Shown here piece after piece: positions 22,254 through 31,684 of a DNA stretch of 64,000 nucleotides (positions within the stretch are counted from its first letter, which is position 1; each line of letters opens with the position of its first letter). The notes below the pieces were generated by a model, which made no database searches, was not told the origin of the DNA, and saw only the letters and a list, made by a program, of their open reading frames with translations. The DNA is from an uncultured Gammaproteobacteria bacterium (GTDB lineage Bacteria > Patescibacteriota > Microgenomatia > JALYQM01). Made by a program: the position numbers and the translations under genes. Where the stretch lies: NCBI GenBank assembly GCA_964535655.1, contig CAZHTP010000001.1, positions 250,862-314,861 on the forward strand, in the 5' to 3' direction.

Positions 22254-23648
22254 GTGCGTATGTTGCGTTATGACTATAGTTTTATGATGGATGATGTTGT
22301 TGGAGAGCATGGCACTACGGAATCATCGCTGCAAAAATTAAACGAGTCGTTGCTTTCAATGAGAAAAAGTTTCTTTATAGATTCTTCACCTAGACTTGGG
22401 TTTATGGAGTTGCCTTACGATACGACTAATGCCGACACTGTTATCAAGAAAGCCTCAGAGTATCAGTCGCAATTTGAGACATTAATTGTTCTTGGAATTG
22501 GTGGTTCAGATTTAGGCGCCCGAGCAGTAATTGCTGCATTACGCCATCCCTACTCTAATTTTATACATAGGGATAAAGGAATGCAGGTGTTTTTTTTAGG
22601 TGGCAACACTGATCCTGCTGAGATGCAATCGGTTATCGATATTATTGACTGGTCTAAAACTGCGATTAATGTGATATCTAAATCGGGTGATACTGTTGAG
22701 ACAATGTCGACGTTTATTTATCTGCGAGGGTTGTTGATTGACCATGTCGGGTATGAAAATCATGCTGTGCATATCATTTCAACTACCGATGCCCACAAAG
22801 GTACATTACGAACAATAGTTGAAAGAGAGGGATATGATAGTCTTGTTGTTCCTGATTCTGTAGGAGGACGGTTTTCAGTGTTAACGAGTGTTGGTCTCTT
22901 TCCCATTGCATGCGCTGGGATACCAATTTATTCACTTCTTGAAGGTGCAAAAGATTTAGTTGAGCATGTATTACATGCAGATCAATCCCTTATAGGTCCG
23001 GAACTGTTTGCAGCCTTTCATTATCTAGGCTTTACACAAAAAAAGCAGAATATTCATGTTCTTGTTCCGTACGCTGCTTTTCTTAAAGAAACAGGTTTTT
23101 GGTTTCGCCAATTATGGGCCGAAAGTTTGGGAAAGCGTGAAGACCTTGACGGAGTTGAAGTATATACTGGACCTACTCCCGTTGCTGCACTCGGAGCGAC
23201 AGATCAGCATTCTCAGTTTCAACTGTATTATCATGGGCCATTTGACAAAATATTTACGTTTATCCAAGTTGAACATTTTGCTGCAGACATGCAGGTACCT
23301 GCAGCATATGGGGATATTGAAGGTATCTCCTATATGCAGGGACTTTCGTTTGAGCAAATTATTACGACTGAATTAAAAGGTTCTTCTCTTGCACTTGCGC
23401 AACGAGGTCGCCCCAATGGTCGACTTATCCTTCCCGAACTTACACCCTATTACTTAGGTCAGCTTTTTCAATTTTTCGAAGTTGCTACTGCATACATGGG
23501 TGGATTACTCCATATTAATGTATATGATCAGCCTGCTGTTGAATTGGGTAAACACAATGTGTATGCATTACTGCACAGAAAGGGTTTTGAGAAAAGGGAA
23601 ACTGAATTAGAGAAATTGATGGAAAAATATGAGAATAGGATTGTGTAA
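22254..23648 (+). CDS. pgi: Glucose-6-phosphate isomerase.
   Basis: PGI signatures LGIGGSDLGARAV and YDQPAVELGK; a strong SD (AAGGAGGG) lies upstream. Confidence 0.85.
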   Translation: MRMLRYDYSFMMDDVVGEHGTTESSLQKLNESLLSMRKSFFIDSSPRLGFMELPYDTTNADTVIKKASEYQSQFETLIVLGIGGSDLGARAVIAALRHPYSNFIHRDKGMQVFFLGGNTDPAEMQSVIDIIDWSKTAINVISKSGDTVETMSTFIYLRGLLIDHVGYENHAVHIISTTDAHKGTLRTIVEREGYDSLVVPDSVGGRFSVLTSVGLFPIACAGIPIYSLLEGAKDLVEHVLHADQSLIGPELFAAFHYLGFTQKKQNIHVLVPYAAFLKETGFWFRQLWAESLGKREDLDGVEVYTGPTPVAALGATDQHSQFQLYYHGPFDKIFTFIQVEHFAADMQVPAAYGDIEGISYMQGLSFEQIITTELKGSSLALAQRGRPNGRLILPELTPYYLGQLFQFFEVATAYMGGLLHINVYDQPAVELGKHNVYALLHRKGFEKRETELEKLMEKYENRIV

Positions 23649-23734
23649 TTCTAGCTTAATAATGGCAAAAATAGCTTATTTTTCGCCTATAATATTATTA
23701 GACAAATTGTTATGGAGTCTACTAAGATAGAACT

Positions 23735-24037
23735 ATGTCAACCCTGCCTGACTTACTTGACGTAAGCTTACTATCAGAAAGAATTAGAAATGCACGTAAA
23801 CTTGCTAACCTTTCTCAAATTGATTTGGCTACTATGGTTGGTGTTTCAGATAAAGCGATCAGTTCTTATGAGGTAGGACGAGCTATTCCTCCACTGGATG
23901 TACTGAAAAAAATCAGTGCGGTCACGAGTAAGCCAATCGCTTTTTTCTTTAATGAAGATACTAATAACACGGCAGTACTGGAAAAGGTCGATAAAATGAT
24001 TGAAGAGCTAAATGATATTCGTAAGATATTTGGATAA
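23735..24037 (+). CDS. XRE-family helix-turn-helix transcriptional regulator.
   Basis: LANLSQIDLATMVGVSDKAISSYEVGRAIPPLDVLKKIS, a canonical HTH_3 segment. Confidence 0.75.
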   Translation: MSTLPDLLDVSLLSERIRNARKLANLSQIDLATMVGVSDKAISSYEVGRAIPPLDVLKKISAVTSKPIAFFFNEDTNNTAVLEKVDKMIEELNDIRKIFG

Positions 24038-24056
24038 TCTGAATGGTTGTGATTTT

Positions 24057-24446
24057 ATGAAAACTGTGCTTGCTATTGATGATGATGAAGCAATTCTTGA
24101 TTTATTATCAAATGTCTTGGAAATTGAGGACGCAACTGTTTTTACTGCTTCAAATGCTAAAAATGCCTTAAAACTAGCTAAGAAATATAAACCTTCTGTG
24201 ATTCTCCTTGATCTTATGATGCCAGAGTATGATGGTTTTGAGTTTTTTACTATACTTAAGCAAATGCCCGAACTCACTAATACTCGCTATATTATGTTCA
24301 CCGCTCAGGATACTAAAATGAATTTGTGGGAAAGTATCGATTTAAGCTTTGATGATTTCATTTCCAAACCATTTGACCTGTCGGAACTGGAGATTCGTAT
24401 TCGTCATCAACTAAATAATACCGAGGGTGCTCGCGTTCGTCGCTAA
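24057..24446 (+). CDS. Stand-alone response-regulator receiver domain (CheY-like), with no output domain.
   Basis: MKTVLAIDDDEAILDLL...KPSVILLDLMMPEYDGFEF...KPFDLSELEIRI carries the DD, D (phospho-acceptor), T and K receiver residues. ORF 24012..24446; the start is MKTVL. Confidence 0.8.
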   Translation: MKTVLAIDDDEAILDLLSNVLEIEDATVFTASNAKNALKLAKKYKPSVILLDLMMPEYDGFEFFTILKQMPELTNTRYIMFTAQDTKMNLWESIDLSFDDFISKPFDLSELEIRIRHQLNNTEGARVRR

Positions 24447-24449
24447 GTC

Positions 24450-24785
24450 ATGAAACAATTTTTCAACTCAGGATTAAAAATATATATTCCTGAAACAATT
24501 TTCGAAAAAAGTCGCGGTATATTATGGCATGAGTCTTTGCTTGATTCTGGTTGTATGCTTTTCCCAAAATGTAACTGGGTGCATAGTTTTTTTCTTCAAA
24601 ATCCAATTAGATTGTATTTTTTAGATGAATCATTTTCTGTCGTAAATTCTCTCGCAAAGTTTCCTCCTAATAGATTTTCTCCATGGATATTTGGCGCTTG
24701 TTATACGCTGGAAACCTCTTTGGATTTTGATGAAAATTGTTTGCAAGAACTACTTCATTATTTTCAGCAAACTCTCAGCACTTGA
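24450..24785 (+). CDS. DUF192 (COG1430) family protein.
   Basis: SRGILWHESLLDSGCMLFPKCNWVHSFFLQNPIRLYFLDESFSVV matches the DUF192 core (rarGLMgr..l....GMlF.f.....fwMknT.iPLDiiFld.dg.vv). Confidence 0.6.
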   Translation: MKQFFNSGLKIYIPETIFEKSRGILWHESLLDSGCMLFPKCNWVHSFFLQNPIRLYFLDESFSVVNSLAKFPPNRFSPWIFGACYTLETSLDFDENCLQELLHYFQQTLST

Positions 24786-24857
24786 CCGTATTATTTGTTT
24801 ACTATACTATTGCTTTACGTAATTTTTTTGCATTAAAAAATCTAATATAAATAGAAT

Positions 24858-25793
24858 ATGATTAACGTACACAACTTACACAAATCGTATGCAGGCGTAG
24901 AAACACTGCATGGTATTTCCTTTACCATTAATAAAGGAGAGATAGTTGGTTTTCTTGGCCCTAACGGCGCCGGTAAAACAACTACAATGCGTATTCTCAC
25001 CGGATATATCCCGCCATCAAACGGAACGGTTAAAATTGCTGGATACGATGTAATGGATGATTCGTTACATGCTCGTCGTCATATTGGCTATCTCCCTGAG
25101 TTGGTTCCACTTTATACTGATTTAACAGTACGAGAATATTTAGGTTTTTTTGCAAAGATAATGAGAATCCCTAAGGCTTCGGTAAAACGAGAGATGTCTG
25201 ATGTGATGGAGAAAACTGGATTAACTTCAGTATCAGGCAAATTAATAGGTTCTTTATCTCGTGGATATCGTCAGCGTGTTGGATTGGCACAAGCGTTAAT
25301 AGGAAGACCGGAGGTTCTAATTTTGGATGAACCTACAGTAGGCCTTGATCCGGTTCAAATCATTGAAATTCGCGAATTAATTAAAACACTTGCTAAAAAT
25401 CAGACTGTTATTCTCAGTACTCATATTCTGCCTGAAGTAAGTCAAATTTGTGATCGAGTCCTTATTATTAATAAAGGAAGTATTGTTGCTGATAGTAATG
25501 TTCACGACTTAACTAGTGGTGATAAAACTCGTAGTGTTGTTAAGCTTACAGTCGGTGGAAATGGCCAAAAAGCACTATCTCTTATTCAGGGATTTGCCGG
25601 GGTTAACTCCTCTGAACTTAAGTCAAATGATAATGAAAGCATTATCACTGTTGAATCAAAAAGTGATATCCGTCAATCGTTGTTGAAGTCGCTTATCTCT
25701 CAGGATATTCCTGTGCTTGAGTTTAGCGGAGAAAAAGTAGATCTTGAAAGTGTCTTCCTGAAGCTTGTAACTGAAGAGAAAGGTACCAAATAA
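24858..25793 (+). CDS. ABC transporter ATP-binding protein (GldA-like, ABC-2 subfamily).
   Basis: Walker A GPNGAGKTTT, ABC signature LSRGYRQRVGLAQAL and Walker B ILILDEPTVGLD. Confidence 0.9.
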   Translation: MINVHNLHKSYAGVETLHGISFTINKGEIVGFLGPNGAGKTTTMRILTGYIPPSNGTVKIAGYDVMDDSLHARRHIGYLPELVPLYTDLTVREYLGFFAKIMRIPKASVKREMSDVMEKTGLTSVSGKLIGSLSRGYRQRVGLAQALIGRPEVLILDEPTVGLDPVQIIEIRELIKTLAKNQTVILSTHILPEVSQICDRVLIINKGSIVADSNVHDLTSGDKTRSVVKLTVGGNGQKALSLIQGFAGVNSSELKSNDNESIITVESKSDIRQSLLKSLISQDIPVLEFSGEKVDLESVFLKLVTEEKGTK

Positions 25794-25795
25794 CT

Positions 25796-26503
25796 ATGTT
25801 TAATAATATTTCAGCTATCTACCAAAAGGAGCTGCGTTCTTATTTTAGCTCACCAATTGCATATATTGTTATTGCAATGTTTTTATTCTTGGCGGGATTT
25901 TTCTACTATTCTGCAGTAGTGCAATATAAAATGGCGACACTCGATGCCCCTTTTTCTAATGTTGTTATTATTTTGATTTTTCTTATGCCGCTTTTAAGTA
26001 TGAAGCTTTTGTCGGAAGAGAAGAAAAGTGGAACTTTAGAATTGCTTCTGACAAGACCCATTCGCGAGATTGACATAGTACTCGGTAAATATTTTGCTGC
26101 AGCTACGGTTTATTTAGTTATGTTAATCCCCACTGCTATTTATGGAGTGGTTCTCTATACAATTGCAAAGCCAGACTTATATCCAATGCTTACACAATAC
26201 GCAGCGGTATTTCTAGTTGGCTTATCCTTTCTTGCGTTAGGTCTGTTTGCTTCTTCACTTACAGAAAATCAGATTGTTGCAGCGGTTGTCGCATTTACCT
26301 TTATTCTTGTGTTGTGGTTACTTAACTGGTTAACCGGTTCTCTTGGTGAAGATAATGTTATCAGTTATTTTGCAATCTCGAGCCATTTTAGCGACCTTAT
26401 TAGTGGCGTTATTGATGCCCGGGATGTTGTATTTTATGTATCGTTTATTTTCTTCTTTATATTCGTTTCTGCAAAAGTTATTGATTCTAAGCGATGGGCG
26501 TAA
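25796..26503 (+). CDS. ABC-2 type transporter permease (GldF-like).
   Basis: 235 aa, six TMs; immediately follows the ATPase with a 2-bp gap. Confidence 0.8.
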   Translation: MFNNISAIYQKELRSYFSSPIAYIVIAMFLFLAGFFYYSAVVQYKMATLDAPFSNVVIILIFLMPLLSMKLLSEEKKSGTLELLLTRPIREIDIVLGKYFAAATVYLVMLIPTAIYGVVLYTIAKPDLYPMLTQYAAVFLVGLSFLALGLFASSLTENQIVAAVVAFTFILVLWLLNWLTGSLGEDNVISYFAISSHFSDLISGVIDARDVVFYVSFIFFFIFVSAKVIDSKRWA

Positions 26504-27990
26504 AGGAATTATTTTATATGGACACTAAAAAAATCTTAAACTCGATAAAATCTTTTGGTAAAAAAAGCGGTGTTGACGCGATGCGTGTCGCTACTTCGCG
26601 ACAGATGCGATTTGGAAGTAACTCTTTAATTGCGATTGTTGCTTTCGCTGGTATTCTTGTTGTTGCTAATTTAGTGGTACGCAATATGGGGTGGCGACTT
26701 GATACTACCAAGAATAAACTGCACTCGCTTGCTCCTGAAACAGTTAAAGTTATTAAGTCAATTAAAAAGCCGGTTAAAGTGTATGTCTTTAGCCCAGCAA
26801 ATCAACAGCAAGAGGCGCGGGATTTGCTAAAAGAATATACGTCGAAGAATTCTAATATAAAAGTAGAATACGTTGATCCTTATTCAAATCGATCACTTGC
26901 TGAGCAGTATAAGATTTCTCGTTTAGGCACCACGCTTTTTACTATGGATGGTCGCTCTGAGCAAACTACTAATACCACTGAATCGGACTATACAACCGCA
27001 TTGCTTAAGATCCAAAATCCAAAAAAAACTACTGTTGCGTTTTGGGCTTCGAATGGAGAAAAAAATATTGATGATGTTGGTGATACAGGGTACAGTGAGC
27101 TTAAATCCACCTTAGAAAAACTGAATTACCAGATTGTTAAGCAGGATTCTGCTAAAGATCCAACAATAGCTTCTAGTGCAGCAGCAGTAGTTATTGCCGG
27201 CCCACAGACACCATATACTTACAAGCAGTTAGATGTTTTAAAGAATTATCTTGCGAGCGGAGGAAAATTACTGATAATGCTTGATGCTACGCGAAATAAT
27301 GTTAAAACTGGATTGGAGGATCTACTTGCTTCATACGGTATTGAAGCTAAAGCTGGTATTGTGATTGAACAAGATCCAAGTCTTTACTATCGTAGTCCAC
27401 TTAACCCCGGTGTAAAAACCTTTGAGCCGCACCAAATAACTGAAGGGTTGTTACCTGCTATTCTTGCGGGTGTGGAAGAGGTTAAGCCAGCTGGTAAAAC
27501 TCCTGATAATGCTACGGTAACAAGCCTCATGAAAAGTTCTGCTGCCTCATGGTTTGAAGTTTCACCCTTACAACTTGATCAACAACCATCAAAGAATCTA
27601 GCAGCCGGCGATGAAAATGGTCCTATTAGTATGGGTGTTGCAATGAAGTTCACTTCACCTAAAGATAACAAGGATGCTAAATACAAGACCCGTATTGTAG
27701 TACTCGGTGATTCAGATTTAGCGGCGAATGTGATTGTTGCATACGATCCTAACAAGGAATTAGTTAATCCTGCCAACCTAGACTTAGTTGTTAACTCGAT
27801 TAACTGGTTAACTTCACAGGAAGGTTTATATAATATAGTACCTAAGGATCGCACTCCACCTACTATTACCTTAAGTGATTCTCAACAACGCCAAATATTA
27901 TATCTTGTGTTGGTGGGGATGCCTGTCTTGGCTTTAGTAATAGGTTTAGTAATTTGGAGATTACGTCGACAAAATAGATTGAAAAAATAA
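26494..27990 (+). CDS. GldG-like ABC-transporter auxiliary component (ABC_transp_aux domain).
   Basis: N-terminal TM, a large extracytoplasmic domain with the typical ...KVYVFSPANQQQEARDLLKEY...VEYVDP... region, and a C-terminal TM plus RLRRQNRLKK. Alternative start MDTKKIL at 26518. Confidence 0.7.
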   Translation: MGVKELFYMDTKKILNSIKSFGKKSGVDAMRVATSRQMRFGSNSLIAIVAFAGILVVANLVVRNMGWRLDTTKNKLHSLAPETVKVIKSIKKPVKVYVFSPANQQQEARDLLKEYTSKNSNIKVEYVDPYSNRSLAEQYKISRLGTTLFTMDGRSEQTTNTTESDYTTALLKIQNPKKTTVAFWASNGEKNIDDVGDTGYSELKSTLEKLNYQIVKQDSAKDPTIASSAAAVVIAGPQTPYTYKQLDVLKNYLASGGKLLIMLDATRNNVKTGLEDLLASYGIEAKAGIVIEQDPSLYYRSPLNPGVKTFEPHQITEGLLPAILAGVEEVKPAGKTPDNATVTSLMKSSAASWFEVSPLQLDQQPSKNLAAGDENGPISMGVAMKFTSPKDNKDAKYKTRIVVLGDSDLAANVIVAYDPNKELVNPANLDLVVNSINWLTSQEGLYNIVPKDRTPPTITLSDSQQRQILYLVLVGMPVLALVIGLVIWRLRRQNRLKK

Positions 27991-27998
27991 GAGGATAT

Positions 27999-28607
27999 AT
28001 GGGTAGATTTCGTTCAACCGCAGTATTAGTATTACTTTTTGTAGCACTTTTTAGCTACTTCTGGATTTACCAGAAAGATAAAAAAGCTCCTGAACCAACT
28101 CCTGATCCTGCTTCAGCTCCGTTAGAGTCGGTTGCTTTGGCAACTTTTAAAGCTGATGATTTAGCTGAAATCTCCTGGAAATCTGCTTCTTATTCGGCAA
28201 CAATTCAGAATTCGAGTGGCTGGAAGCTTACACAGCCTTCCCTGCCTTCAGATCCTATTAAAGTTAAATCATATGTAGATAGTGTTGTCTCTCTTTCGGG
28301 CTCACGTAAGTATGATTCTAAGGATTTATCTGCTTCAGAGACTGGGCTAGATAAGCCTTCCCTAACGGTGATTTTACAGAAAAAAGATAATTCATCGGAG
28401 ACTATTAAGGTTGGTAACAAAACTGTCGATGGAGATTACTATTATGCTACCCGCGATGGCTTTGACGCTATAACTCTACTTGGAACGTATGTGATTGATG
28501 ATATTAATAAAGATCCTAATACATTGAAGCCTGACCCTGCGTCTGCCTCCCCTGTTTCGTCGACAAGCGGATTTACGCCTGCAGGTTCAACTTCGCCGCA
28601 GTTTTAG
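27999..28607 (+). CDS. DUF4340-like protein (GldG-operon associated), N-terminal TM.
   Basis: N-terminal anchor AVLVLLFVALFSYFWIY. It sits directly downstream of the GldG-like gene, as is typical for DUF4340 partners. Confidence 0.45.
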   Translation: MGRFRSTAVLVLLFVALFSYFWIYQKDKKAPEPTPDPASAPLESVALATFKADDLAEISWKSASYSATIQNSSGWKLTQPSLPSDPIKVKSYVDSVVSLSGSRKYDSKDLSASETGLDKPSLTVILQKKDNSSETIKVGNKTVDGDYYYATRDGFDAITLLGTYVIDDINKDPNTLKPDPASASPVSSTSGFTPAGSTSPQF

Positions 28608-28695
28608 TGTTGGGACGAAGGTGTTTTTCTTAGAGTGTAGTTTACTTTCTCACTTACTTGTGATATGATTTATTAGTTTTGAAAGGGTTTTTCGT

Positions 28696-29016
28696 ATGCA
28701 AGCTATACATCCTACTTATTATACCGACGCTAAAGTGATTTGTTCCTGTGGAAGTACTTTTAATACAGGCTCGACTAAACAGGAAATCCGTGTTGAAATC
28801 TGTTCGTCTTGTCACCCAGTTTATACTGGTGTTAAGCGTTTAATTGATACTCTTGGACGTGTTGATAAGTTCAACATGGCTAAAAATGCTGCTGCAGCTG
28901 CCGCCGCTAAAGGTGTTTCAAAGAAAAAAGCTAAGATCGATGAGAAAGCAGACAAATCTAATGCACCTCGTACAATAAAAGAGATGCTCGAAATGATGCC
29001 TGAAGCAAATTCATAG
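28696..29016 (+). CDS. rpmE: Ribosomal protein L31 (Zn-ribbon type) with an Ala/Lys-rich C-terminal extension.
   Basis: [45 protein letters not shown] (C16/C18/C36/C39), then [25 protein letters not shown]... Confidence 0.85.
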   Translation: MQAIHPTYYTDAKVICSCGSTFNTGSTKQEIRVEICSSCHPVYTGVKRLIDTLGRVDKFNMAKNAAAAAAAKGVSKKKAKIDEKADKSNAPRTIKEMLEMMPEANS

Positions 29017-29019
29017 TTT

Positions 29020-30090
29020 ATGGATTCCAAACTTGAATCGATTCTTGCCCGATATGAAGAGCTGACTGCTTCCTATGCTACTGAAGAGGTTACCAATAAT
29101 CCCGATCGCCTGGCCGAAGTTGGTCGTGAAATCAGTGAAATAACTGATACGGTTACGACCGCTAATGAGATAAAAAAGCTTGAAGAGCTGATTGCTTCTA
29201 ACGACGAAATGTTAGCGGATAAGGCTCTAGACCCCGAATTGGCCGAGATTGCTACGACCGAGAATACTGAGATGAAAGGGCGGCTTGTTGCCCTTCAGAC
29301 CCAATTAGAGGAGCTCCTGTACCCTTCCCCAGATGCAGCACTTGATAAAAAGAACATTACCCTTGAAATCCGTGCTGCTGCCGGTGGTGATGAATCAGGG
29401 CTATTTGCCTCTGAAATCTATCGTATGTATTGCCGCTTCGCTGAACTGCGAGGATGGGAAGTTGTCGAGATGGATAGAAACGAAGGTGGTATCGGCAATA
29501 TTAAAATGGTTGTCGCTAAAATTAATGGTAAGGATGTGTATGGTGACTTAAAATGGGAATCGGGTGTGCACCGCGTGCAGCGTGTTCCAAAGACCGAATC
29601 CTCGGGAAGAATTCATACCTCTACAGTAACTGTGGCCGTTATGCCAGAAATTGAAGAGAAAGAATTTCACCTTAACCCTGCTGATATTGAATTCGAAACA
29701 TTTCGTGCGGGAGGTCATGGTGGTCAAAATGTTAACAAAGTTGAGACTGCAGTTCGCTTAACCCATAAACCAAGCGGTATTGTGGTTGTTTGTCGTACCG
29801 AGCGTTACCAGGGAAGAAACCGGGAAATTGCTGAGAATTTGCTCCGATCGCGTTTATGGGAAATGGAACGTGAGAAAGCAGTTTCAGCAATTGAGTCGGA
29901 TCGTAAAGCCCAGGTTGGAACCGGCGACCGCTCAGAAAAGATTCGCACATATAATTTTCCTCAGTCTCGGGTTACGGATCATCGCATTAATAAATCTTGG
30001 TTTAATATTGATCAAATTATGGACGGTATGCTTGCTGATTTAATCACTGATGTGAAGGCGGGAATGATAGAACTTTCACATCAGGAGTAA
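29020..30090 (+). CDS. prfA: Peptide chain release factor 1.
   Basis: GGQ motif [20 protein letters not shown]1-type recognition region [16 protein letters not shown], where the PxT tripeptide is PKT. Confidence 0.9.
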   Translation: MDSKLESILARYEELTASYATEEVTNNPDRLAEVGREISEITDTVTTANEIKKLEELIASNDEMLADKALDPELAEIATTENTEMKGRLVALQTQLEELLYPSPDAALDKKNITLEIRAAAGGDESGLFASEIYRMYCRFAELRGWEVVEMDRNEGGIGNIKMVVAKINGKDVYGDLKWESGVHRVQRVPKTESSGRIHTSTVTVAVMPEIEEKEFHLNPADIEFETFRAGGHGGQNVNKVETAVRLTHKPSGIVVVCRTERYQGRNREIAENLLRSRLWEMEREKAVSAIESDRKAQVGTGDRSEKIRTYNFPQSRVTDHRINKSWFNIDQIMDGMLADLITDVKAGMIELSHQE

Positions 30091-30101
30091 GCTTGTGTCT
30101 C

Positions 30102-31259
30102 TTACTGTCCTGCTTCTCCAATTGTTACCTGAGCTGTCTGTGTCTTATCATCCCGTACATACTTAAGTTCGACTGTCTGTCCAACTTTTAGTGTCTGAAT
30201 TACATCGGTAAGTGGATTGGATTCATTCAGTTTTTTCCCTGCAAGGTCAGTGATGATATCATCAGCTTTGATGCCTGCTTTATCGGCAGGGCCTCCATTA
30301 ACTACTTCAGCAACATAGGCGCCTTCAGGCATTTCATTTAACAATGCCATGCGCTTAGTGATCATTTGATAGCGAACTCCGATGTAGGGGCTAGATATTT
30401 TTCCTGTAGAAAAGAACTCGTTAATCATTGATTTTGCTGAGTTAATTGGAATGGCGAAACCAATGTTTTGTGCTCCCCCGCTTGCTGCTACTGCAGTATT
30501 GATTCCAATTACCTGGCCACCGATGTTTAATAATGGTCCGCCAGAGTTACCTGGATTAATGGCGGCATCGGTTTGAATGACATTTCCCAGTTTTTCAGAA
30601 GAACTACCGATGGAATCGGATGCTTCGATTTGGCGATCAAGTCCCGATACAACACCGACTGTAACCGTATTTTTAAACTCACCTAATGCATTTCCCATCG
30701 CGATAACGGTCTGCCCCACATCAAGCTGGGATGAATCGCCAAGCTCCATTGGGCGCAAGCCGGTGGCGTCAATTTTAATGATGGCGAGGTCTTTTAAAGG
30801 ATCTTTATTAATTTTTTGAACATCATATTTCTTATTATCGTTAGTTATAACGACATATCGACCTTCGGAATCTACAACATGCTTGTTAGTTAAAATTATC
30901 CCATCCTGCGCTACGATAAAACCGGTACCGATTCCCGATTCTGTATTCGAATTTGGCTGGGTAGGTTGTAAATCCTGACCAAAAATATTAAAGGGTGAGT
31001 TTCCGAAAGGGTTACGACTCGCGGCGGTTCTTTTTATTGCGATGGAAACAACGGAAGGTCCATCTTTTTTCACCACATCAATTACATCTGATTTCTCTTT
31101 AACTATCGTTCTTGTTTGAGTAGTAAAATTTTTTGTTGAAGCTGTTGGAAATGACATGTTACCAAGTTTTAATTTGGATGTGCGGACCGAAGCAAATAAT
31201 CCCAACCCTAGGGTAATTCCAAGGATAAGTAACACAATGGTACGTATTGAGTCACGCAT
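30102..31259 (-). CDS. htrA: HtrA/DegP-family periplasmic serine protease (trypsin-like plus PDZ).
   Basis: Catalytic GNSGGPLLN, His (TNKHVV) and Asp (DLAIIKID) regions, and a C-terminal PDZ. ORF 30102..31271; the likely start is MRDSIRT. Confidence 0.85.
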   Translation of the reverse strand: MRDSIRTIVLLILGITLGLGLFASVRTSKLKLGNMSFPTASTKNFTTQTRTIVKEKSDVIDVVKKDGPSVVSIAIKRTAASRNPFGNSPFNIFGQDLQPTQPNSNTESGIGTGFIVAQDGIILTNKHVVDSEGRYVVITNDNKKYDVQKINKDPLKDLAIIKIDATGLRPMELGDSSQLDVGQTVIAMGNALGEFKNTVTVGVVSGLDRQIEASDSIGSSSEKLGNVIQTDAAINPGNSGGPLLNIGGQVIGINTAVAASGGAQNIGFAIPINSAKSMINEFFSTGKISSPYIGVRYQMITKRMALLNEMPEGAYVAEVVNGGPADKAGIKADDIITDLAGKKLNESNPLTDVIQTLKVGQTVELKYVRDDKTQTAQVTIGEAGQ

Positions 31260-31276
31260 TATAATCTCCAATCTTC

Positions 31277-31684
31277 TTATTTTTTTACTATTTCTATGGT
31301 GATTTTTTCATGGAACTGTCCAATTTTTATTTCTATTTTATGCGTACCGGCAGCTTTGATCGGCTCTTTTAGTAATATGTTTTCTTTTTTTAAACCAACT
31401 GCTTCGGCTATTTCTTTAGCGGTAATTGATCCGAACAGCTTGCCGTTCTCACCAAACTTATCTATTTTGATAGTAAAAGATTTTCCTGAGAAAGTGCTGA
31501 TCTTTTCTTGGTCTTCCTTGATTTGCTGGCGACGCGCATCCTCGTTTAATTGCAACTCTGCTTCGCGTCTTTTTAAATCCGCAGGAGTTGCAATAACTGC
31601 AAGCTTATTCGGTAAAAGATAATTTCGGACATATCCTTCGCTAACATCTTTTACCACATTGTCTTTGAGAAATATTACCTTCAT
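31277..31684 (-). CDS. rplI: Ribosomal protein L9.
   Basis: MKVIFLKDNVVKDVSEGYVRNYLLPNKLAVIATPADLKRREAE. Confidence 0.85.
   Translation of the reverse strand: MKVIFLKDNVVKDVSEGYVRNYLLPNKLAVIATPADLKRREAELQLNEDARRQQIKEDQEKISTFSGKSFTIKIDKFGENGKLFGSITAKEIAEAVGLKKENILLKEPIKAAGTHKIEIKIGQFHEKITIEIVKK

Noticed and set aside
29020-30090. The RF1 PxT tripeptide is PKT rather than PAT/PVT, which might hint at altered stop-codon recognition or genetic code 25.
   Set aside because: PKT is a known functional variant of this RF1 tripeptide (for example the mitochondrial RF1-type factor mtRF1a). Genes in this window terminate with TAA, TAG and TGA and stay in long open frames under the standard code, so I see no evidence of UGA reassignment.
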